From assembly GCA_016281915.1 (NCBI GenBank), contig JAEEJO010000066.1, positions 54,845 to 118,844 on the forward strand: a stretch of DNA of 64,000 bases. Reading direction: 5' to 3'. Source of the stretch: Clostridiales bacterium (GTDB lineage: Bacteria > Bacillota > Clostridia > Oscillospirales > UBA644). The position numbers and the translations under genes are program-made. Of this stretch, positions 48,414 to 55,152 are shown in pieces (the first letter of the stretch is position 1; each line of letters opens with the position of its first letter). The notes beneath the pieces were generated by a model. That model saw only the letters and a program-made list of their open reading frames with translations, was not told the origin of the DNA and made no database searches.

Positions 48414-49208
48414 TTATTTTTTAAGTCCGTCGGTTGATTTATTGTCTGTCTCGCTACTTTCCTCGATTCCGTGATCATTTTTGTTTAATTCATCCAAAAA
48501 TCCCGCGGTTATAATGCCTGATGGCAATGCTATGATGGCGATTCCAAAAACAGATGAAATCATAGTTATTATTCTCCCCATTACCGTTACCGGATAAATA
48601 TCTCCATATCCAACTGTTGTCAGTGAAACTGTTGCCCAATACACGGCATCAAAGAAGTTGTTGAATGATTCCGGCTCGACATTGAAAACTACTAATGCCG
48701 ATATGAAAACATAGACTATTGCCAACAGCCCAACAGTCATCAATGGCCTGCGCTGCCTAACGAAAACCCCTTTAATCATTTTGATACTTTTTGAGTAGCG
48801 AACTGCTTTGAATATACGAAACACACGAAACGTTCGAAAAAGGCGAAACACTTTCAGGATTCTGAAACCACTGTTAATTATGCTTAATGATGGTAGTATG
48901 CATAACAGATCAATAATTGCCATTGGTGTAATAGGATAAATCAAAAATGACCATTTACCCTTTTTTAGTTTCATATCTGCTGTTAAAAGCCTTAGGACAT
49001 AGTCTATGATAAAAATCACGACCGCTATCTTGTCTATACATTCAAATACCAACCACTCATTTTTGAAAGCAAGTGGAATCAAACTAACAACGATTACCGA
49101 CATCATAAAGAAATCATAAGCGTTGCTTAATCTGTCTTTCTCTGAAGCAGGTTCAATAATCTGAAATAGTCGTTTTCTCATTCTTTTCCCTTCACTGTCC
49201 TGAAACAT
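48414..49208 (-). CDS. Voltage-gated-type (6TM) potassium channel
   Basis: 264-aa ORF. The S4 segment has a basic residue every third position (RILKVFRLFRTFRVFRIFKAVRY). Selectivity filter: SLTTVGYGDIYP. ATG 49208 abuts the upstream stop (TAAATG). An alternative ATG at 49181 has GAAGGGA upstream. Confidence 0.88.
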   Translation of the reverse strand: MFQDSEGKRMRKRLFQIIEPASEKDRLSNAYDFFMMSVIVVSLIPLAFKNEWLVFECIDKIAVVIFIIDYVLRLLTADMKLKKGKWSFLIYPITPMAIIDLLCILPSLSIINSGFRILKVFRLFRTFRVFRIFKAVRYSKSIKMIKGVFVRQRRPLMTVGLLAIVYVFISALVVFNVEPESFNNFFDAVYWATVSLTTVGYGDIYPVTVMGRIITMISSVFGIAIIALPSGIITAGFLDELNKNDHGIEESSETDNKSTDGLKK

Positions 49209-51083
49209 TTATGGCTTGCAGTTTCCGCAAGGAGAATAACCTCTATTCATTAGCTCATCCCTGGTTTCATTTGTGACGTCGTAATTCTCCGGTTTGATCT
49301 TTGATACACTGTGACAATCTGGATAATGGAATTTTTTGGTATTGGTGTTAAGAACATAAGTATAAGACTTACCATCTGATGAAGAGTCTGGCGATTGATC
49401 TTTCGTTATCTGTGATGAAGAAGAATTATCAAAGACTATAAAAGTATCTGCATTCGCGTTCTTGGCAACTGTAAATGATACTTTCTTTCCGTCGCTTTCA
49501 CATGTAACGTCGCCCTGAATATCAGTGCGAAATACTGTGACATCAGCGTCCCTTAAGCGACTCAGTGTATCATCTGTAGGATGTCCATAGCTGTTGTTAC
49601 TGCCAACTGATATTACAGCGTATTTGGGCATAATTGCCCTTAAGAACGGATAGCTTGTTGCGTTTTCGCCGCCGTGATGTCCAACCTTTAGAACATCTGC
49701 ACTAAGTTCGGACTCATATTTACTAAGAATAGCCCCCTCCGCTTCTCTGTTTGCATCTCCTGTAAACAAGAAAGATGTCTGACCGTAGACTATTTTTAAT
49801 ACAATTGAGGAGTTATTCGCATCGTTTAAGCTGTTAACTCCAAGTATTTTTATAGAGGCGCTTCCAAGTGTATATGTGTCTCCTGGCTTTGGAACGCTAA
49901 TTCCGCCATTTTTATCTGCGTATTTCTTGAAATCCCTAAATGCATCACTGTCATATGATGTAGACGGACAGAGAATGAGATTTGCGTTCGTATAATTCAG
50001 CGCGCCGGGGAGACCGCCGATATGGTCAGCATGAGGGTGTGAGGCAACCATTATGTCAATCACAGGGACATTCAGGCGTTTCAGAATCGAGTACATCTTG
50101 TCCGAATCGCCTTTATTGCCGCCGTCAATGATCATATAGTGTCCATCACATTGAACAATCGCAGCATCGCCCTGCCCGACATCAATAAACCTAACCCAGA
50201 AAGTTGAAGGTTCATTGTTTTTTGCAGCTGCCTCCGCAGCAGCCTTAGCCTCTGCTTCTGCTTTTGCCTTGGCTTCCGCTTCTGCCTTTGCTCTGGCCTC
50301 TGCCTCTGCTTTTGCCTTGGCTTCGGCCTCTGCTTTTGCTTTAGACTCTGCTTCTGCCTTTGCCTTTGCTTCCGCTTCTGCCTTTGCTTTGGCCTCTGCC
50401 TCTGCTTTCGCTTTGGCCTCTGCCTCTGCCTCAGCCTTCGCTTTAGCCTCTGCCTCTGCTTTCGCTTTGGCCTCTGCCTCCGCTTTTGCCTTGGCTTCGG
50501 CCTCTGTTTTTGCCTTGGCTTCGGCCTCTGCTTTTGCTTTAGCTTCTGCTTCCGCTTTCGCCTCTGCCTCAGCTTTTGCTTTCGCCTCTGCCTCAGCCTT
50601 CGCTTTAGCCTCTGCTTCTGCTTTCGCTTTCGCCTCTGCCTCAGCCTTCGCCTTTGCTTCTTCATCGGCCTTTATTCGAGCCTCTTCTTCAGCTTTTATG
50701 CGGTCTTCTTCTTCAGCTTTCGCCTTTGCTTTTTCTTCGGTTTTTAAGCGTTCCTCTTCTTCAGCGTTGCTGTTTGTATCTTCATCAGACTGATAATCAG
50801 AAATGTCTTTCGTAGAGTTGAGAGTATCTGTAGTTTCCTCTACAACAAAATCTTTTGATAAAGATATATCCTCATTTTCAGGATTTTTAGTAATAGAACC
50901 GATTATTGAGGTCGCAATAAAAAACAAGAATACCCCGGCAAGAACAACAGGCCATATCTTCTGCTTTTTAGCCTTTACTTGTACCGGATTTTGATAACGT
51001 GGTTGATTTTGCTGTTGACCACAATTGGGACAGAATTTGACATTATCATTAATTAGTGCTCCGCATTTAGTACAAAAAGCCAT
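49209..51083 (-). CDS. Membrane-anchored ComEC-type metallo-beta-lactamase-fold protein with N-terminal Zn-ribbon, long charged helical stalk and C-terminal Ada-like Zn-finger
   Basis: The ORF extends to 51119. ATG 51083 (MAFCTKCG...CPNCG) has AAGGTGG 7 nt upstream. TM helix: IWPVVLAGVFLFFIATSIIGSI. About 180 aa of E/A/K repeats. MBL motifs FIDVGQGDA...SHPHADHIGG...KVGHHG. C-terminal FHYPDCHSV...CGNC. Confidence 0.85.
   Translation of the reverse strand: MAFCTKCGALINDNVKFCPNCGQQQNQPRYQNPVQVKAKKQKIWPVVLAGVFLFFIATSIIGSITKNPENEDISLSKDFVVEETTDTLNSTKDISDYQSDEDTNSNAEEEERLKTEEKAKAKAEEEDRIKAEEEARIKADEEAKAKAEAEAKAKAEAEAKAKAEAEAKAKAEAEAKAEAEAKAKAEAEAKAKTEAEAKAKAEAEAKAKAEAEAKAKAEAEAEAKAKAEAEAKAKAEAEAKAKAEAESKAKAEAEAKAKAEAEARAKAEAEAKAKAEAEAKAAAEAAAKNNEPSTFWVRFIDVGQGDAAIVQCDGHYMIIDGGNKGDSDKMYSILKRLNVPVIDIMVASHPHADHIGGLPGALNYTNANLILCPSTSYDSDAFRDFKKYADKNGGISVPKPGDTYTLGSASIKILGVNSLNDANNSSIVLKIVYGQTSFLFTGDANREAEGAILSKYESELSADVLKVGHHGGENATSYPFLRAIMPKYAVISVGSNNSYGHPTDDTLSRLRDADVTVFRTDIQGDVTCESDGKKVSFTVAKNANADTFIVFDNSSSSQITKDQSPDSSSDGKSYTYVLNTNTKKFHYPDCHSVSKIKPENYDVTNETRDELMNRGYSPCGNCKP
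50224..50765. repeat. In-frame degenerate tandem repeat encoding (EAKAKA)n
   Basis: A 12/24-nt periodic gcctctgcttctgcttttgccttggc... tract. It produces mirror ORFs on both strands (50215..50793 +, 50132..50665 -). Confidence 0.85.
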
Positions 51084-51166
51084 ATTGGTCCACCTTTTTA
51101 ATTTGAAAATGATATTCAAAAAGGAAATTTATCTATCTTTACTTTAATATCATAAAATACTAATTA

Positions 51167-51195
51167 AGTATAACAAAAAAGCAATAAAATGTCAA
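51167..51195 (-). promoter_or_regulatory. Promoter of the cargo operon
   Basis: On the minus strand: TTGACA (51190-95), 17 nt, TATACT (51167-72). Confidence 0.55.
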
Positions 51196-51291
51196 GTATT
51201 CGCCATAAAATGATTTTTCCCACAATGGAGCCATTTTCCACAAGTACAAGTAAGATTTTTCTTACTTGACAAAATTTTTATGTTTTCCCTA

Positions 51292-51320
51292 TTGACAAAT
51301 CACTAATCGTGATGTATAAT
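51292..51320 (+). promoter_or_regulatory. Rightward (early) promoter of the phage-like element, with operator-like inverted repeats
   Basis: TTGACA (51292-97), 17 nt, TATAAT (51315-20). ATCAC-N5-GTGAT lies in the spacer (51299-51313). GTGATGTA (51309-16) is repeated inverted as TACATCAC (51350-57). Confidence 0.55.
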
Positions 51321-51385
51321 GCACTCATAGATTCACGTTAAGCGATAAATACATCACAATGCGATCAATGCTGGAGGTGACAAAA

Positions 51386-51592
51386 ATGGAAAAAGAAAGA
51401 GACCGTATAAGGAGAAGCAGTATTACGGAAACGCGTGATCTGATTGTTACCCAGGACTACAACGGGTATATTTCGGTAACGGAGAAGATGACTGGAGCTA
51501 CTATTGTACAGATGCCGTATCTGCAGCTTCTGACAAAAGAACAGCTTGATTTCATAGCGTCTGACTGTCAGTACAGCTATGCAACTGCATAA
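51386..51592 (+). CDS. Hypothetical small early protein
   Basis: The ORF begins at 51359. ATG 51386 has GGAGGTG 7 nt upstream. 68 aa, no recognisable domain. Confidence 0.5.
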   Translation: MEKERDRIRRSSITETRDLIVTQDYNGYISVTEKMTGATIVQMPYLQLLTKEQLDFIASDCQYSYATA

Positions 51593-51624
51593 CGGGAAAG
51601 GGAGAATACAAGGGGACATGGCAT

Positions 51625-51828
51625 TTGAAAAAAGATGAGTGGAAATCTTTCATGTGGCATTGCTTCAACTGCGGCAACATAGTTGTCGGATATATGAACG
51701 GAAAAGGAGAGATTTGCGGAGAGTGTACAAGGTGCGGAACATGCATGGTTCGTGTAATTAAAAGTAAAACACATGACACCGTCAATGTTTATGCGCCGCC
51801 GGGAAGCACCCGGTATGAAGACAACTGA
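51625..51828 (+). CDS. Small Zn-ribbon protein
   Basis: TTG start in the ORF track (first in-frame ATG at 51652). CFNCGN...CGECTRCGTC forms two CxxC pairs. Confidence 0.45.
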   Translation: MKKDEWKSFMWHCFNCGNIVVGYMNGKGEICGECTRCGTCMVRVIKSKTHDTVNVYAPPGSTRYEDN

Positions 51829-51838
51829 ATACAGGTAT

Positions 51839-51958
51839 AACGACGGTTCGGGCAGAGTAATTCGTAAGACCCGATCCAGGTCACATATCGAACCTGTCTT
51901 AAAAGATATGCGGGAACGACGGTTCGGGCAGATTTATTCGTAAGACCCGTTCCAGGTC
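51839..51958 (+). repeat. Two 44-nt direct repeats (41/44 identical, 76-nt period), each able to form a hairpin
   Basis: aacgacggttcgggcaga(gta/ttt)attcgtaagacccg(a/t)tccaggtc at 51839-51882 and 51915-51958. In copy 1, GGTTCGGG pairs with CCCGATCC with 1 mismatch (U-U). In copy 2, CCCGTTCC gives 2 mismatches. Confidence 0.8.
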
Positions 51959-51980
51959 CCCCCGGTATCGCGGCAATACG

Positions 51981-52041
51981 CCGGTAAGGCAGATCTTCGG
52001 AAGAGACAATCTTCCGTTGGTCTGTCTTGCCGGTTTTTTTT
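51981..52041 (+). terminator. Very strong rho-independent terminator
   Basis: A 15-bp outer stem (51981-95 / 52019-33, 3 G-U pairs) plus a 7-bp inner stem (CGGAAGA/TCTTCCG), followed by 8 T. Confidence 0.8.
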
Positions 52042-52282
52042 GTTATCACAGCACATATAGGTCTTTCCAAACCGATAAAAAAAATACAATCTCACAGTCC
52101 GAGATGGCCATAAGGACGATGGGACGCATATAAGGCAGCGATACCGCAAAGGTATCAAATGCGAAGATGCACCCACCGTTGTTTTGCTGCGCCGTTTTCC
52201 GGACAGACAACGCCTGCGGTCATTTTCACTGCAGGCTTCATTTGTGTCCCACCGCCCCTGCCCGGACGGAAAGGAACACAAT

Positions 52283-52783
52283 ATGAAAAACCGCGACAAA
52301 AAGTACTTTATCCCGGTAAACGGGACACTCGTTGAAGTAAGCGAGGAAGTTTACAGGGCATACTACAGGCCTGTCTGGGTCACACGATACCATGCGCAAA
52401 AAACCGGCGAGTGCCGCTGCAGCAAACGACAGCTTTGGCTGTGTGACGGGATCTGCTCAGGCTGCCCGTTTCATACATCCAAAACAAACATCTCCTTTGA
52501 AACGCCCGTTGCAGACGGAGACGAAGATATCACCATCGAAGATGCTCTTCAGGACGACTCCCCCTCTCCGGAATCCATCCTTATGGACAAGGAACTGCTC
52601 GACACCCTGTATGACGAACTTAACCGTCTTGACCCCGAGGGCAGGCGAATCTGCGAGCTTATCATGCAGGGAAAGACCGAGCGCGAGATCGCCGCGGAAA
52701 CAGGCAAATGTCAGTCGACGGTAAACTACAGAAAAAACAAGGTCTTTGCAGTCCTTCGCAGAGCATTGAAAGACTTTATCTGA
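52283..52783 (+). CDS. Sigma-70 region-4-type HTH protein (sigma-factor-like regulator) with Cys-rich N-terminal part
   Basis: The ORF begins at 52184. ATG 52283 follows GGAAAGGAAC. C-terminal LDPEGRRICELIMQGKTEREIAAETGKCQSTVNYRKNKVFAVLRRAL. Cys cluster: CRCSKRQLWLCDGICSGC. Confidence 0.7.
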   Translation: MKNRDKKYFIPVNGTLVEVSEEVYRAYYRPVWVTRYHAQKTGECRCSKRQLWLCDGICSGCPFHTSKTNISFETPVADGDEDITIEDALQDDSPSPESILMDKELLDTLYDELNRLDPEGRRICELIMQGKTEREIAAETGKCQSTVNYRKNKVFAVLRRALKDFI

Positions 52784-52892
52784 TTTTTTCCGCTTAAAAA
52801 AATATTTTTCAATTTTTTTCGTTCAAAACATCTGTGTTCCTCCAGTAGGTAGTGAGAGGGGTATGAATTGCCCCGGAAAGGAGGAAACCAAA

Positions 52893-53099
52893 GTGAACAA
52901 AAAACACCTCGAAGCGGGAAATACCGCGGACCTTATCGGCGTGCTTTCGGCTATAAGCGTCGTATCAAAACGCCTTGCCGGAAAGCTCATTTTACTCGAA
53001 AGCGAAAACTGCGCGAAAACACGTCGTGACGCGGACCCGTGCAGCACATGCTCTTTGCGTTACGACGCAGCTAAAATCGGTCATCGCACATACTATTGA
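52893..53099 (+). CDS. Hypothetical small protein
   Basis: GTG 52893 has AAGGAGG 8 nt upstream. 68 aa. Confidence 0.45.
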   Translation: MNKKHLEAGNTADLIGVLSAISVVSKRLAGKLILLESENCAKTRRDADPCSTCSLRYDAAKIGHRTYY

Positions 53100-53119
53100 A
53101 AGAACAAAGGAGGAAACAA

Positions 53120-53632
53120 ATGAAACTTTATGAGATCAATGATGAGATACTCCGCCTTACCGATCAGATCGTTATCGACGAAGAGACCGGAGAGATAGGT
53201 TGCGATCTTGAAAACATCTGCGCTCAGATAGACTCTCTGCGTATGGAAAAAAGATCGATACTCGAGTATCTCGCAAAACTTGTCCTTAACATCCGCTCAG
53301 AGGCCGCAGCCGTTAATGCGGAGGAAAACAGGCTTTACGAACGAAGAACATCACTTGAAAAGAAAGAGAAACGCCTTTTGCAGATCCTTGACCGCGAATG
53401 CGGCGGAGAGAAGACGGATCTCGGCGTAGCGACGCTTAACTACAGAAAAACGACGAAGCTTGACGTTACCGACCGTGACGCTGCGGTCATGTGGCTTCAA
53501 GACAACCATGAAGACTTTATCCGGTACCGTGAGCCGGAGATAAGCAAAAACGACGTAAAAGCTCTTCTCAACGCCGGCACCGCAGTTCCCGGCTGCGCGC
53601 TTGTGGAAGAAAGATCATATTCTTTAAAGTAA
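53120..53632 (+). CDS. Siphovirus Gp157-like protein
   Basis: ATG 53120 has AAGGAGG 7 nt upstream. MKLYEINDEILRL..., a coiled-coil of about 170 aa, in the usual position ahead of a Sak4-like ATPase. Confidence 0.65.
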   Translation: MKLYEINDEILRLTDQIVIDEETGEIGCDLENICAQIDSLRMEKRSILEYLAKLVLNIRSEAAAVNAEENRLYERRTSLEKKEKRLLQILDRECGGEKTDLGVATLNYRKTTKLDVTDRDAAVMWLQDNHEDFIRYREPEISKNDVKALLNAGTAVPGCALVEERSYSLK

Positions 53633-53644
53633 GAAGGTGAAAAT

Positions 53645-54613
53645 ATGCTGAAAATATCAAAAGGCAAGATCTCGCGTCCGCAAAAAGTAGTTATCTACGG
53701 TCCCGAAGGCATAGGCAAGTCGAGCCTCGCAGCGCAGTTTCCCGACCCTGTCATAATAGACACGGAGGGTGGAACGTCGCATATGGACGTAAGGAGAATA
53801 GATAAGCCTAAAACATGGGACGAACTTCTCTCGATCATTAAAGAAGTAGCCCTTACGCCCGGTGTCTGCAAAACCCTCGTTATCGATACTGCGGACTGGG
53901 CGGAACAGCTCATCGTGTCATATCTCTGCGCAAAATACAAGCAGCAGAGCATTGAGTCTTTCGGCTACGGCAAAGGATACACATATATGTCGGAAGAGTT
54001 TTCGCGTATGCTTTCTCTTTGCGATCTCGTTATCGCAGCAGGGATACACACAGTCATTACCGCTCACGCGAAGATGCGGAAGTTTGAGCAGCCGGACGAA
54101 ATGGGTGCGTATGACAGATGGGAAATGAAGCTTTCAAAGCAGACCGCTCCTCTTTTAAAGGAATGGTGCGACATACTTCTCTTTTGCAACTACCGGACAT
54201 TCGTCGTCACGTCGGAAAACGACTCGAAAAAAGCTCAGGGCGGGAAGCGCGTAATATATACGTCCCATCACCCGGCATGGGATGCGAAGACAAGAGTTCC
54301 CCTCCCCGAAATACTCGATCTTGACTACGCGAACATAGCCGTCGCCGTGGAGGGACAGACAAAGCAGCAGGCTTCAGATATTACCGATGAGCTCTCAGAC
54401 GGATATACCGTATATGACAGGTTCAGACAACTTACGGCGGAATCGGGCTTTACGGAAGACGACGTACGCAGAGTGGTGGCAATGAAAGGTCATTTTTCAG
54501 AAGATACTCCCGTAAAAGATTACGGGGACGCATTCATCACAGGCTGGATATTCAAATACTGGCCTCAGATAACGGAAATTATTGAGAGAACAAAAAAAGA
54601 AGATAACGAATAA
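53645..54613 (+). CDS. Phage AAA_24 / Sak4-like RecA-fold ATPase
   Basis: 322-aa ORF. Walker A VVIYGPEGIGKSS and Walker B LVIDTADW. Confidence 0.8.
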   Translation: MLKISKGKISRPQKVVIYGPEGIGKSSLAAQFPDPVIIDTEGGTSHMDVRRIDKPKTWDELLSIIKEVALTPGVCKTLVIDTADWAEQLIVSYLCAKYKQQSIESFGYGKGYTYMSEEFSRMLSLCDLVIAAGIHTVITAHAKMRKFEQPDEMGAYDRWEMKLSKQTAPLLKEWCDILLFCNYRTFVVTSENDSKKAQGGKRVIYTSHHPAWDAKTRVPLPEILDLDYANIAVAVEGQTKQQASDITDELSDGYTVYDRFRQLTAESGFTEDDVRRVVAMKGHFSEDTPVKDYGDAFITGWIFKYWPQITEIIERTKKEDNE

Positions 54614-54639
54614 TTTATGACTAAAACGGAGGAATAACC

Positions 54640-55134
54640 ATGGAAAACAATTTAAATAACGCACAGGGCATGTTTCTTGACTGGAACGATATCATCGAAA
54701 GCGACGGGCAGGAGTATATAACGCTCAAAGACGGAGATTATGACTTTACCGTTACCGCTTTTGAACGCGGACGCTTTCCCGGCGGGGCAAAGATCCCGCC
54801 CTGCAACAAAGCTTCGCTTACGCTTCAGGTAGAAACGGAAGGCGGCACTGCAACCGTGCATCTTGATCTTCTTCTCTACAAAACGATGGAATGGAAGCTC
54901 TCAGCGTTTTTCCGCTGCATTGGCATGAAAAAGCACGGCGAGAAACTCTCTATGGACTGGACCGGCATTGTTGGCACGACGGGCAGAGCACACTTCAAAA
55001 CAAGGACGTATACTGACCGCGACGGCAACGAACGTACGGCGAACGAGGTAGACAGATTCTATGACAAAGACGAGCTGTCCTCTCTTCCCGTAAAGGACAT
55101 AACTCCGATAACAGAAGATGATCTTCCGTTCTGA
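54640..55134 (+). CDS. DUF669-like phage protein (putative ssDNA-binding)
   Basis: 164-aa ORF with SD GGAGG. The size and position between the Sak4-like ATPase and the primase are the usual DUF669 context. Confidence 0.6.
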   Translation: MENNLNNAQGMFLDWNDIIESDGQEYITLKDGDYDFTVTAFERGRFPGGAKIPPCNKASLTLQVETEGGTATVHLDLLLYKTMEWKLSAFFRCIGMKKHGEKLSMDWTGIVGTTGRAHFKTRTYTDRDGNERTANEVDRFYDKDELSSLPVKDITPITEDDLPF

Positions 55135-55152
55135 TTCAGAAAGGAGACGCAT

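Noticed and set aside
50224-50765. Possible CRISPR array or other spacer-repeat structure
   Set aside because: The periodicity is 12/24 nt with no unique spacers, and the tract is fully in frame within a CDS. No cas genes are present in the window.
50132-50793. ORFs 50215..50793 (+, 192 aa, poly-ASAF) and 50132..50665 (-, 177 aa, poly-KQR)
   Set aside because: These are mirror or alternative-frame readings of the EAKAKA repeat inside the well-supported MBL gene. They are low-complexity with no start signals.
51846-51880. tRNA-like T-arm (GGTTCGGG...CCCGATCC)
   Set aside because: There is no acceptor stem, D-arm or anticodon arm around it. It is part of the 44-nt direct repeat.
51839-52783. 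Type III toxin-antitoxin (ToxIN-like) layout: repeats, then terminator, then a gene of about 170 aa
   Set aside because: There are only two copies and they are not contiguous (44-nt units separated by 32 unrelated nt). The downstream protein has a sigma-70 region-4 HTH rather than a ToxN/AbiQ-like endoribonuclease sequence.
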